Assembly (NCBI GenBank): GCA_963736835.1
Contig: CAVTQI010000004.1
Location: 27,706-91,705, forward strand
Length of the DNA: 64,000 nt
Reading direction: 5' to 3'
DNA from: an uncultured Actinomycetes bacterium
Lineage (GTDB): Bacteria; Actinomycetota; Thermoleophilia; Gaiellales; Gaiellaceae
Made by a program: the position numbers and the translations under genes. Position 1 is the stretch's first letter; each line of letters opens with the position of its first letter. Below, one piece after another: positions 28,118 through 37,109 of this stretch. Below the pieces are notes generated by a model. It ran no database searches, was not told the origin of the DNA, and saw nothing but the letters and a program-made list of their open reading frames with translations.

Positions 28118-29165
28118 CCCTGGTGCCGCGCGCGCGGCGCCTGCCTGCGCTGGGCTTCTGGGCGAGGACGCGCCCGGCTCGCTTCGCGCGCACCCGCCGC
28201 ACCCGACCCGGGGAGCAATGGGCGAGGCGGATCCTGGCTTTCGCCTTCTGGAGCCGCAGGCCGATGACGCGCGGGACGCGGCAGATGACGGCCGGAGGCG
28301 GCGGCGGAGGCGGCGGTGGTGGGGGCGGTGGCGGGGGAGGAGGAGGCGGAGGCGGAGGCGGTGTCGGCGGCGGCGGGCCGTTGTTCGCGAGAGCAGTGAG
28401 CTCCGCGTCCGAGCCGTTGAAGACGTCCTGATCACCCGGGAAGTCGACCGGCTGGTTCGACCATTGCCAGAACGTGTAGGTGCTCCAGCCGGCCGGGAGC
28501 TGCCCGACCGCCTGGCACCAGCAGGCGATCCAGAGCGGGCTCGTGGCGCCGAGCCCCGCATAGTTGCCGGTGCACTGCTGCCACCAGTTCGTGGTCGTGT
28601 AGATCACGGGCGGGCGGCCGGTCAGCGCCTGGTACTCGGCCGCGAAGCTCGAGACCCAGGCGGCCATCGCGCTCTGGCTCAGGCCGTAGCACGTCGGTCC
28701 GTATGGGTTGTACTCGATGTCGAGCGCGCCGGGCAGCGTCTGGTTGTCGGCCGACCACGCTCCTCCGTTGGCCGCGAAGAAGTCGGCCTGCGCGGTTCCG
28801 CTCGAGCGGTCGGGAAGCGCGAAGTGGTAGGCGCCGCGCACGAGCCCGACCTGGTACGCACCGACGTACTGCTGCGTGAAATAGGGATTGACGTACGTCG
28901 TGCTCTCGGTCGCCTTCACGTACGCGAAGCGCCCCCCGCCGGCCGCGACCGCGGTCCAGTCGACGTTGCCCTGCCAGCTGCTCACGTCGAGCCCCGGCAA
29001 GCCCGCGGGACGGCTCGTCCGCACCGGCCCCACGCCGTTCCGGGCGAGCCCGGAGCCCGCGTAGTCCAGCTCGGGCTGTGCGGGAGCGCCTCCGGCGCCG
29101 AGCGCAGCCCCGGCGGAGATCAAACCGGCGGCGAGCACCGCAGCTACGAGACGATGCAGACCCAC
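28080..29165 (-). CDS. secreted GH25 lysozyme - polyproline linker - PASTA-like domain
   Basis: GLDVSSWQGNVDW..FAYVKATEST..RGAYHFA..GALDIEYNP (GH25), then PPPPT(P)23, then CRVPRVIGLRLQKAKARIRLAHCSPGRV..GRVLAQKPSAG..GTRVSLVVGRR. Confidence 0.85.
   Translation of the reverse strand: MGLHRLVAAVLAAGLISAGAALGAGGAPAQPELDYAGSGLARNGVGPVRTSRPAGLPGLDVSSWQGNVDWTAVAAGGGRFAYVKATESTTYVNPYFTQQYVGAYQVGLVRGAYHFALPDRSSGTAQADFFAANGGAWSADNQTLPGALDIEYNPYGPTCYGLSQSAMAAWVSSFAAEYQALTGRPPVIYTTTNWWQQCTGNYAGLGATSPLWIACWCQAVGQLPAGWSTYTFWQWSNQPVDFPGDQDVFNGSDAELTALANNGPPPPTPPPPPPPPPPPPPPPPPPPPPPPAVICRVPRVIGLRLQKAKARIRLAHCSPGRVRRVRAKRAGRVLAQKPSAGRRRARGTRVSLVVGRRAAGR
28293..28376 (-). repeat. proline-codon tract (27 of 28 codons CCN; GGN-rich on plus strand)
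   Basis: Triplet-by-triplet reading of 28293-28376 in the gene frame gives P23-T-P4. Confidence 0.9.
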
Positions 29166-29226
29166 CGCGCCAAGCTAACAGCGACTTGTTAGAGCGAAAT
29201 GTCGACCCCGCGCAGGTGCCCTGTCC

Positions 29227-29697
29227 CTAGGCCGCAGCGGCGCGCTCGAGCTCGGCGATCTCGATCTTGCCCATCTTCAGCATCGCCGCCATCACGCGCT
29301 GCGCCTTTTCCTGGTCCGGATCGCTGATCAGCCGGCTCAGGACCTTGGGGACGATCTGCCAGGAGACGCCGTACCTGTCCTTGAGCCAGCCGCACGGGCC
29401 CTGCTCGCCGCCCTCGGACAGCTTGCTCCAGTACGAGTCGACCTCCTCCTGGGTCTCGCACTCGACCGCGAACGAGATGGCCTCGTTGGGCTTGAAGTCG
29501 GGGCCGCCGTTGAGCGCCATGAATCGCTGTCCGTCGAGCTCGAAGACAACGGTCATGACCGTCCCCTCGTCCCGGGGTCCCGCGGAGCCGTAACGCGTGA
29601 CCTCCACGATCCGGGAGCTCGGGAAGATCGACGTATAGAGCTGCGCCGCCTCTTCGCCCTCGGTGTCGAACCACAGACAGGGGGTGATCTTTTGCAT
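29227..29697 (-). CDS. VOC-superfamily protein (3-demethylubiquinone-9 methyltransferase-domain/PhnB-like)
   Basis: KITPCLWFDTEGEEAAQLYTSIFP..MALNGGP..CGWLKDRYGVSWQIVP. Confidence 0.85.
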   Translation of the reverse strand: MQKITPCLWFDTEGEEAAQLYTSIFPSSRIVEVTRYGSAGPRDEGTVMTVVFELDGQRFMALNGGPDFKPNEAISFAVECETQEEVDSYWSKLSEGGEQGPCGWLKDRYGVSWQIVPKVLSRLISDPDQEKAQRVMAAMLKMGKIEIAELERAAAA

Positions 29698-29864
29698 CGG
29701 GAATCCTTTCCGTGTGGCTTTACGAACGTAGACGACCGCGGGCCTGAAAAATCATCGCCGGAACCGTAGGATCCGCGCGCGCGGTTCGACGACTGGATGC
29801 TCGCCCTTCACGTGCTGAGCGCGTTCTCGCTTGGCCGGCAAGCCCAGTTAGTCCGGCACGACGC

Positions 29865-30938
29865 CTAGATCTTCCAGGCCCCGTCCTGCTGGACGACCTC
29901 GCCGTCGAGGAGGATCTGCCCGCCGGGGCGCAGGTCCTTGACGATGTCCCAGTGGATCTCGCTGTGATTCGTGCCGCCGACCTCGGGGAGCCCGTTGCCG
30001 AGCGCTACGTGCACGGTCCCGTCGATCTTTTCGTCGAACAGGGTGTCCTTCATGAACCGCGTGATGCCCGGGTTGCAGCCGATTCCGAGCTCGCCCAGAC
30101 GGCGCGCGCCCTCGTCGCGGTCGATCGTCTCGAGCAGGAAGTCCTCGTGCGACTCGGCCGACGCGTCGACGACCCGGCCTCCCTCGAAGCGCAGCCGGAT
30201 CCCGCTCACCTCCCGGCCCGCGTACGGCGCCGGAAACTCGACGAACGAGATCGTCCCCTCGGCCGAATCCTCGACCGGCGAGAAGTAGAACTCGCCGCCG
30301 GGCAGGTTCGCCCCACCTGCATCGACTTTCGCCTCGCGCCCCTCGAGGCTCAGCGTGAGGTCGGTCTCGGCCCCGACGATCCGCACCTCCTGCGCGCCGT
30401 CGAACCGCTCGGCGTAACGGCTCATCCGCTCCCGCTCCGCGTCCCAGTCCAGGAGACAGGCGCCGTACAGGAAGTCCTCGTAGTCGCGCAGCGACATGCC
30501 CGCGTCCTGCGCGAGTGCAGGCGTCGGGTAGTTGCAGCCGACCCACGGCATCTCGTTCGCGTACATGCGCTGGAGGTGCGGCCGGAACCCGGCCTGGACG
30601 AGCCCGATCCGCTCCGGCGGAACGGCCGACGCCTCGCGGGTGTTCTCCGGCGCGGAGATCGAGATCAGCGCATCGGCGGTCTCCAGCGCGTGCACCTCGA
30701 TCGGAGGCGGCGTCTTCAGCAGCTCCTCGGGCGCCGCCATGAGCCACGGGATCGACCCCGAGATGACGCCCTGCCGGCTCAGGAGGTAGGCGCCACGCCC
30801 GCCGAGCTGCGACCCGATCTCCTCGACGAGGGGGCGCGCACGGTGCGTCGCCGAGACGAGCACCTGCCAGCCCGGCTGGACCGCGATGCAGGTGTCGATC
30901 AGGATGCGTGCGTAGTGCTCGAGCCGCGGATCGTGCAT
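29865..30938 (-). CDS. aminopeptidase, M29 (AmpS/PepS) family
   Basis: LEHYARILIDTCIAVQPG..NLPGGEFYFSP..IGCNPGI..LFDEKIDGTVHVALG. ATG 30938. Confidence 0.85.
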   Translation of the reverse strand: MHDPRLEHYARILIDTCIAVQPGWQVLVSATHRARPLVEEIGSQLGGRGAYLLSRQGVISGSIPWLMAAPEELLKTPPPIEVHALETADALISISAPENTREASAVPPERIGLVQAGFRPHLQRMYANEMPWVGCNYPTPALAQDAGMSLRDYEDFLYGACLLDWDAERERMSRYAERFDGAQEVRIVGAETDLTLSLEGREAKVDAGGANLPGGEFYFSPVEDSAEGTISFVEFPAPYAGREVSGIRLRFEGGRVVDASAESHEDFLLETIDRDEGARRLGELGIGCNPGITRFMKDTLFDEKIDGTVHVALGNGLPEVGGTNHSEIHWDIVKDLRPGGQILLDGEVVQQDGAWKI

Positions 30939-30975
30939 ACGTGAGCCGCGGATGCTACGCGCATAAGCTGAGCGC

Positions 30976-31650
30976 ATGGAGCGGAGAGCGCGTGACGTCC
31001 CCCGCAAGATCAAGGTGCGCCGGGGCCCGAAGAAGGGCCGCTACGACCGCGAGGCGATCGATTCCGTGCTGGACAGCGGCCTCCTCGCCCACGTCGCGTT
31101 CGTCGACGACGGCGAGCCCGTCTGCATCCCGATGCTCTATGCGCGGATCGAGGACCGGATCTACATCCACGGCTCGACCAAGAGCCGGATGATCCGTGCG
31201 CTCGCGGCCGGAGCGCCGGCATGCGTGACCGTGACGGTCGTCCACGGCCTCGTCCTCGCCCGCTCGGCCTTCGAGCACTCGGCGAACTACGGCTCGGCGA
31301 TCGCCTTCGGGAGCTTCGAGCTCGTCGAGGATCCGGAGGAGCGGATGCGCGCGTTCGAGGCGTTCACCGAGAAGCTGCTCCCCGGCCGCTGGGACGAGGT
31401 GCGTCAGCCGAACGCCAAGGAGCTGAAGGCGACCGAGATCCTGGCCATGGAGATCGACGAGGCCTCGGCCAAGCTCCGGACCGGCCCGCCGGACGACGAC
31501 GAGTCTCCCGACGCCGAGCTCGACACCTGGGCGGGCGTCGTCCCCATCGTCCGCTCCTACGGAGCCCCGGATCCCTCGCCCGGGCTCCGGCCGGGCATCG
31601 AGCTCTCCGAGAGCGTCCGCCGGCTCCTTACTCGAGATCCTCCTGGATGA
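30976..31650 (+). CDS. pyridoxamine 5'-phosphate oxidase-family (FMN-binding split barrel) protein
   Basis: AHVAFVDDGEPVCIPMLYARIEDRIYIHGS..SANYGSAIAFGSFELVED. Confidence 0.8.
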   Translation: MERRARDVPRKIKVRRGPKKGRYDREAIDSVLDSGLLAHVAFVDDGEPVCIPMLYARIEDRIYIHGSTKSRMIRALAAGAPACVTVTVVHGLVLARSAFEHSANYGSAIAFGSFELVEDPEERMRAFEAFTEKLLPGRWDEVRQPNAKELKATEILAMEIDEASAKLRTGPPDDDESPDAELDTWAGVVPIVRSYGAPDPSPGLRPGIELSESVRRLLTRDPPG

Positions 31651-31966
31651 TCCGCGGCGAGTCGTGGACGCAGACGAGGTCGAGGCGTCCGGGACCGAGG
31701 TTCACGAACTTGTGCGGCGTGTCCGGTCCAACGACGAGGATGTCGCCCGGCCCCGCCTCGAGGTCCTCGCCGTCCGCGGTGAAGCGGGCTCGCCCGGAGC
31801 GCACGACCCAGGTTTCCGAGTAGGGGTGCACGTGCAGTCCCGGCCCCTCGCCGGGCTCGTTGTCGACGAGGAACATGGACACGCCGGACCCGTGCTTCTC
31901 GCCCTCGAAGCGAAGCGTGCGGTTCGGCGCACGCTTCTGGTCACTCGCCGGGAGGACGCTGTGCAT
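31628..31966 (-). CDS. cupin domain protein
   Basis: GPGLHVHPYSETWVVRSGRARFTADGEDLEAGPGDILVVGPDTPHKF. ATG overlaps the MMPL stop (ATGA). Confidence 0.7.
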   Translation of the reverse strand: MHSVLPASDQKRAPNRTLRFEGEKHGSGVSMFLVDNEPGEGPGLHVHPYSETWVVRSGRARFTADGEDLEAGPGDILVVGPDTPHKFVNLGPGRLDLVCVHDSPRIIQEDLE

Positions 31967-34242
31967 CAGCTCTCCGACGCAGGCGCCGGCGGCGCGTCGT
32001 AGACCGCCTCGCGACCGCCGTCGTGCGGAGGCTCGATCGTGAGGTTCGGCAGGATCCGGTCGAGCCAGCGCGGCATGTACCAGGCCTTCTCACCCATCAG
32101 CGTGAGGAACGACGGGACGAGCGTCATGCGCACGATGAGCGCGTCCGTGAGGATCGCCACGGCGAGCAGGATGCCGAACTCCTTGGAGATCCTGTCGGCC
32201 GTGAGGACGAACGCCGCGAAGACCGTGCTCATGATGATCGCCGCCGCGACGACCACGCGCCCGATCGCCGCGATGCCGTGCTCCACCGCCTGACGCGTGT
32301 CGAGCCCGTGCACGTGCTCCTCGCGGATCCGGCTCATGATGAAGACCATGTAGTCCATCGAGAGCCCGAACAGGATCGCGAACGCGATCGGGGGCACGAA
32401 GGTCTCTATCGGCCCCGTTCGGTCGAGCCCAGTGAGACCCATCAGGTGGCCCTCCTGCACCACCAGCGTGAGCACTCCGAAGGCGATGAACGCCGACAGG
32501 ATCGTCGTCACGGCCGCTGTCAGCGAGATCACGATCGACCTGAACGCCATGGCGAGCACGATGAACGTGACGCCGATGATGTAGAGCAGGAAGATCGGGA
32601 GTCGCTGCATGATCCGATCGGCGATGTCCTTGAACGCCGCCGTCTGGCCGGAGACGTAGGCGACGGCCTGTCCCCCCTGGGTCGCTCTCGGGACGACGTC
32701 GTCTCGCAGGCGGTCGACCAGCTTGTCCGTCGCCTCGTCCTGCGGCGCGGAGGTGGGCGTCACGAAGACGAGCGCCACCGTCTTCTCGTCGTTGAACTGG
32801 GGCTTGCGCGCCGAGGCGACTCCGGGGAGGCCCTGGACGTCGTCGTAGATCCTCTGCGGCGCCTGTTGGTCGCCGCGCACGTCGACCACGATCGGGATCG
32901 GGCCGTTGAATCCCTTCCCGAAGCCCTCGGCGAGGAGGTCGTAGGCGCGGCGGGCGGTCTGCTTCTTCGGCTGCGTGCCCTGGTCTGACGCACCGAGCCG
33001 GACGAGCGCCGAGGTCGAAGCCAGCCCAAGACCGGCGATCAGCAGGACGATGAAGAGCGGCTTCGCGTGAGCGGTGACGAACCGGCCCCAGCGGGCGGTG
33101 AGCGTCTTCTCCCGCGCGCTCTCCGAATCGTCGATCTGGCGCAGGCCCGGCACCTTCCAGCGGTCGATCTTGTGGCCCAGGAGCCTCAGCACCGCGATCA
33201 GCAGCGAGTTGGCGATCAGCACGGTCGTCACGACGCCGAGCGCCGCGCCGATCCCGAGCTTCGTCACGAAGTCGAGGCCGAAGAACGCGAGCCCGCTGAC
33301 CGAGATGGCAACCGTGAAGCCCGCGAAGAGGACGGCCCGGCCCGCGGAGGCCGCAGCCTCGCCCGCTGCGTCGCGCGGTTCGAGGCCCTCGTGCAAGAGC
33401 TGCCTGAAGCGGGTGACGATGAAGAGCGAATAGTCGATACCGACGCCGAGCCCGATCATCGAGACGAGGATCGGCGTGATCGTGTTGATGTCGGTCAGCC
33501 CGGCGAGGATGAACAGGAGCAGGAACGCGGAGCCGAGCGCCGTCAGCGCCAGCGCGATCGGGATCGAGGCGGCGACGAACGTCCGGAAGACGATCAGCAG
33601 CACGATCAGCGCCATCATCAGCCCGAGCAGCTCCTGGATCCCCTGCTGGATCGGCGGGAACTCTGCGTCGCCGTTGAACTCCGCCTTGACGTCGGTGTTC
33701 TCGAGGGCGCCTTTGGCCGCGTTCTCGACCGCGAGGACCGCGTTCCGGTCCTTGTCGTAGATCACCCGGTCGAACTGCGCCTCGGTGTATGCAATCCGCC
33801 CGTTGTCGGAGAACGTGTCCTTCGAGAATGGATCCCCGACGCTCTCGAGCCCCGCCTTGTCCTTCGTCGGCTTGAACTCCTGCGTCTTCAGGAGCGCGAC
33901 CGCTTTCGCGATCGCGGCCTTCCGTTGGGGCGTGTCGAGGCGCTGACCCTCGGGCGCGGCGAACACGATGTTCAGCACGCCTCCCTGCTCCGAAGCGAAC
34001 TGGGACTCGATCAGGTCGGTCGCCTTCTGCGTGTCCGTCCCGGGGAGCTCGAACTTGTCTCGCAGGCTGCCGCCGACCGTGGCGACGAGCACGACGAGGG
34101 CGATGACGATCCCGATCCACGAGAACACGACCCGCCAGGGGTGCGACGCGCAAGCGCGGCCCCACTTTGCGAGTGCTCCGGTCGAAAGGCGTTCGTGCGC
34201 CAGGCGGCGCGAGTTGTGCGTGTTCACGTCAGGTTCGGTCAT
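31966..34242 (-). CDS. MMPL-family (RND superfamily) transporter
   Basis: 758 aa, two 6-TM bundles, GIDYSLFIVTRFR and GLSMDYMVFIMSRIRE. Confidence 0.9.
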   Translation of the reverse strand: MTEPDVNTHNSRRLAHERLSTGALAKWGRACASHPWRVVFSWIGIVIALVVLVATVGGSLRDKFELPGTDTQKATDLIESQFASEQGGVLNIVFAAPEGQRLDTPQRKAAIAKAVALLKTQEFKPTKDKAGLESVGDPFSKDTFSDNGRIAYTEAQFDRVIYDKDRNAVLAVENAAKGALENTDVKAEFNGDAEFPPIQQGIQELLGLMMALIVLLIVFRTFVAASIPIALALTALGSAFLLLFILAGLTDINTITPILVSMIGLGVGIDYSLFIVTRFRQLLHEGLEPRDAAGEAAASAGRAVLFAGFTVAISVSGLAFFGLDFVTKLGIGAALGVVTTVLIANSLLIAVLRLLGHKIDRWKVPGLRQIDDSESAREKTLTARWGRFVTAHAKPLFIVLLIAGLGLASTSALVRLGASDQGTQPKKQTARRAYDLLAEGFGKGFNGPIPIVVDVRGDQQAPQRIYDDVQGLPGVASARKPQFNDEKTVALVFVTPTSAPQDEATDKLVDRLRDDVVPRATQGGQAVAYVSGQTAAFKDIADRIMQRLPIFLLYIIGVTFIVLAMAFRSIVISLTAAVTTILSAFIAFGVLTLVVQEGHLMGLTGLDRTGPIETFVPPIAFAILFGLSMDYMVFIMSRIREEHVHGLDTRQAVEHGIAAIGRVVVAAAIIMSTVFAAFVLTADRISKEFGILLAVAILTDALIVRMTLVPSFLTLMGEKAWYMPRWLDRILPNLTIEPPHDGGREAVYDAPPAPASES

Positions 34243-34331
34243 CGAGCTTCTCCCATGGGTCGATTTCCTCTAACAGACCCCTCGGGGCCTCGAAAGTCAT
34301 CGCCGACGTTACCGAAACCGTCGGAGTAGAC

Positions 34332-34366
34332 CGACGAGCCCGCCGGGATCTCCGACGGGCTCGTCG
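34332..34366 (-). terminator. hairpin downstream of the VOC gene
   Basis: 11-bp stem CGACGAGCCCG / CGGGCTCGTCG with a 13-nt loop, 8 nt after the stop codon. No clear U-tail. Confidence 0.35.
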
Positions 34367-34373
34367 CACAGAG

Positions 34374-34844
34374 CTACGAGGCGCTCATGGCCGCCATCGC
34401 AGCCTTTCCTCGCTCCTCCATCTCCCCCGGAGGCACGTCCTCGACGTGCGTGGCGATCGACCAGGAGTGCCCGAAGGGGTCGGTGATCGATCCGAAGCGG
34501 TCGCCCCAGAACATGTCGTCGACCTCCATCGTCACGGTGGCGCCGGCGTCGACCGCCCGCTGGACGACCGCATCGACGTCCTCGACGTACATGAAGATCG
34601 TGCCGGTCGTGCCGCCGAGCTCCTTCGGCGGCGAAGTCGTGGACTGCGGGAAGGGATCCGACAGCATCACGTGGGAGTCGCCGATCTTGAGCTCCGCGTG
34701 CGCGATCTTGCCGTCGGGCCCGTGCATGCGCAGCGTCTCTTCGGCGCCGAAGGCCTTCTTGTAGTACCGGATCGCCGCCTCTGCGTCGTCCACCGCGAGG
34801 TACGGCGAAACCGTGTTGTATCCCTCGGGAATGGGCTGGGTCAT
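34374..34844 (-). CDS. VOC/glyoxalase-family protein (PhnB-like)
   Basis: YNTVSPYLAVDDAEAAIRYYKKAFGAEE..AHAELKIGDSHVMLSD..DMFWGDRFGSITDPFGHSW. Confidence 0.85.
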   Translation of the reverse strand: MTQPIPEGYNTVSPYLAVDDAEAAIRYYKKAFGAEETLRMHGPDGKIAHAELKIGDSHVMLSDPFPQSTTSPPKELGGTTGTIFMYVEDVDAVVQRAVDAGATVTMEVDDMFWGDRFGSITDPFGHSWSIATHVEDVPPGEMEERGKAAMAAMSAS

Positions 34845-34964
34845 TGGCTCTCTCCCTTCACGTCGCCTAGGTGCCGCAGCTTTCCGTCGATCCTACGCGC
34901 GCTTCGATGAGTTTCGGGCCGCTCGGCCGTCTTGGTAACCGAACCGAAACAGGAAGGACATCAA

Positions 34965-35606
34965 ATGGCAGTTTTCATCGATATCTCCGTGTCCCTCGAC
35001 GGCTACGTCGCGGGCCCGAACCAGACCCTCGAAGAGCCGCTGGGGCGCGGGGGCGAGCAGCTCCACGATTGGGTGGTTCGGCTCGAGGCCTGGCGCAAGC
35101 CGCACGGGCAAGAGGGCGGGGAGACGGGCCCCGACGGGGAGCTCTTCAGCGCCCAGGTCGACCGCATCGGAGCCGTGATCATGGGCCGGCGGATGTTCAG
35201 TGGTGGCTCCGGGCCGTGGGAGAGCGACCCGAACGCCGACGCGTGGTGGGGCGACAACCCGCCGTTCCATGTCCCCGTGTTCGTCCTCACGCACCACGAG
35301 CGAGAGCCGGTCGAGAAAGAGGGCGGCACGACATTCACCTTCGTCACGGATGGGTTCGAGAGCGCGCTCGAGCAGGCGCGCGCCGCGGCCGGCGCCAAGG
35401 ATGTGTCGATCGCAGGCGGAGCTGAGACCGCCCAGCAGGCACTCCGCGCGGGCGTCGTCGACGACCTCACGCTCCACATCGCGCCGTTGCTGCTCGGAGG
35501 CGGCGCGAGCCTCTTCGGCGGGGTCGTGAGCGACCTGAAGCTGAGGCTGACGAACGTCCTCGAGGGGCCGCACGCCACGCATCTGCAGTACGCCGTGGAG
35601 CGCTAG
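34965..35606 (+). CDS. dihydrofolate-reductase-like (RibD C-terminal domain) family protein
   Basis: MAVFIDISVSLDGYVAGP..VIMGRRMF..GVVDDLTLHIAPLLLGGGASLF. Confidence 0.85.
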   Translation: MAVFIDISVSLDGYVAGPNQTLEEPLGRGGEQLHDWVVRLEAWRKPHGQEGGETGPDGELFSAQVDRIGAVIMGRRMFSGGSGPWESDPNADAWWGDNPPFHVPVFVLTHHEREPVEKEGGTTFTFVTDGFESALEQARAAAGAKDVSIAGGAETAQQALRAGVVDDLTLHIAPLLLGGGASLFGGVVSDLKLRLTNVLEGPHATHLQYAVER

Positions 35607-36215
35607 CTAGCCGCCGGTCGCAGAGAAGTGCTGGTAGTCGGGCGTGCCGGTCCAGCGGCCGCCCCACTGCCAGCCGACCGACCCGAACGCACGCACGAGC
35701 AGCCCGCCGCGCGCGGCCATCCCCGGCCTGACGTTCGAGCGGTCGAGGAACGCCTTCCCCGCTCGGGGGTGGACGCGTCCGCTTTCCAGGTACGGGTTCT
35801 CGACCGGGTTGACGTCGATCGCCAGGCCGGACGCGTGCACCGACCAGCGGCGGGGGCCGGGCCCGACCGCGTAGCGGCAGTTGAAGGCGGCGGTGTTGTC
35901 GGCCGCGAGCGAGCGCTCGTCGTTCGAGCCGTACGCGGTGATCGGCCGCATGCGGCGGATGGGGAAGCGAGCCCGATAGAGGCGCCTGAAGGCGATCGTC
36001 AGGTCGCCGACGGCGCTCGAGCTGACGACGAGCGTCCCCACGTGCGGCCGGCCATCGAACCCCCAGTAGCCGAGCCGAAGCCGGCGGAGCGAGGACGGCG
36101 CGACCGGGCACCCCGCGTGCCACGAGCTTCCGAGCTGCGCGCGGGTCACGGGTGCAACGGAATGCGTGAACGGCGGGCTCTGGACGGCGAGCAATGCGAG
36201 CAAGGCGAACCCCAT
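35607..36215 (-). CDS. secreted M15-family (VanY-like) D-Ala-D-Ala peptidase
   Basis: Signal peptide, SVHASGLAIDVNP (HxxxxxxD) and PDYQHF metal-ligand motifs. Confidence 0.8.
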   Translation of the reverse strand: MGFALLALLAVQSPPFTHSVAPVTRAQLGSSWHAGCPVAPSSLRRLRLGYWGFDGRPHVGTLVVSSSAVGDLTIAFRRLYRARFPIRRMRPITAYGSNDERSLAADNTAAFNCRYAVGPGPRRWSVHASGLAIDVNPVENPYLESGRVHPRAGKAFLDRSNVRPGMAARGGLLVRAFGSVGWQWGGRWTGTPDYQHFSATGG

Positions 36216-36244
36216 GGCCCATCGAGACTAGTCTGGATGGCCGC

Positions 36245-36955
36245 ATGAAGTGGACCTGCGCCCTTCTCGCCTGCCTCGCGTTCCTTCCTGCCGCTGCGGC
36301 CACCGGCCGTGACGCCGCGCCGCCGTCGTGCCCGGCCACGCTCGCCAACCAGCTCGCCGACACGGGCTCGGCGACCCAGCTCGTCACGGTCGCGTCGCTT
36401 CGAGCGAGCTCGCAGACCGGTGCGCTGCGTGTCTGGGAGAAGCGCGGCGACTGCTGGACGCAGGCGGCGGGGCCGTGGCAGGCGTGGCTCGGGATCCGCG
36501 GCATCTCCGAGCGCAAGCGCGAGGGCGACCTGAAGACCCCGAGCGGGGCCTTCGGAATCCAGCCGCTCATGTTCGGAGTCGGCCCCAACCCGGGTGTCCG
36601 CTACCGCTACCACCGGATCGTCTGCGGCGACTGGTGGGTCGAGGACCCGCGCTCCCGCTTCTACAACCGCTTCCGCCATGTGCCCTGCGGGTCGAGGCCG
36701 CCCTTCCGCGTCACGAGCGAGGACATGTCCGGGTCACCCTCGTCGTACCGGCACCTGGCCGTGATCGACTACAACACGCGCCCGATCGTCCCGGGCCGCG
36801 GGAGCGGGATCTTCCTCCACGTCAGCCACGGGAACGCGACCCTCGGCTGCGTCGCCGTCCCTCTCCCCCAGCTCGTCTGGCTCCTGCGCTGGCTCGACCC
36901 GGCCGATCACCCGTTGATCGTGATCGGGACGCGAAAGTCGATCCGGAAGTTCTAG
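36245..36955 (+). CDS. secreted L,D-transpeptidase (YkuD)-like protein
   Basis: Signal peptide MKWTCALLACLAFLPAAAA. GSGIFLHVSHGNATLGCVAV matches the His...Gly-Cys catalytic motif. Confidence 0.75.
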   Translation: MKWTCALLACLAFLPAAAATGRDAAPPSCPATLANQLADTGSATQLVTVASLRASSQTGALRVWEKRGDCWTQAAGPWQAWLGIRGISERKREGDLKTPSGAFGIQPLMFGVGPNPGVRYRYHRIVCGDWWVEDPRSRFYNRFRHVPCGSRPPFRVTSEDMSGSPSSYRHLAVIDYNTRPIVPGRGSGIFLHVSHGNATLGCVAVPLPQLVWLLRWLDPADHPLIVIGTRKSIRKF

Positions 36956-36965
36956 ACCCTCTGAG

Positions 36966-37090
36966 CCCGAAAACGAAAGCGACCCGCAAGGGGAGGGCGC
37001 GGGCCGCTTTTCTTTTCGATTGCGACCCGCAACGGGGAGGGCGCAGGCCGCGTTCGACGGTTTGTTGTGTTCGGCGGAATTTGCCTTGGC
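36966..37090 (-). ncRNA. 6C-like small RNA candidate (5' end approximate)
   Basis: Minus strand: GCGGCCUGC[GCCCUCCCCGUU]GCGGGUCGC (37051-37022), a 14-nt A-rich spacer, GCGGCCCGC[GCCCUCCCCUU]GCGGGUCGC (37007-36979), then UUUCGUUUUCGGG. G.U wobbles exist only on the minus strand (they are A.C mismatches on plus). Confidence 0.55.
36979..37017 (+). terminator. hairpin + T-tract after the L,D-transpeptidase-like gene (same hairpin as the sRNA terminator, bidirectional)
   Basis: GCGACCCGC-N11-GCGGGCCGC followed by TTTTCTTTTC. Flanked on the other side by GAAAACGAAA. Confidence 0.5.
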
Positions 37091-37109
37091 TCGATGAAAT
37101 CACCGGCTC

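Noticed and set aside
27700-28431. 243-aa plus-strand ORF containing a long poly-Gly run (and the analogous 74-aa ORF at 50083-50307)
   Set aside because: These are the antisense reading of the polyproline tracts of the minus-strand GH25 and propeller genes. The flanking sequence is Arg/Ala-rich noise with no domain.
29174-29191. Inverted repeat CTAACA-N6-TGTTAG just upstream of the GH25 lysozyme start
   Set aside because: The arms are only 6 bp and it occurs once. That is insufficient to call an operator.
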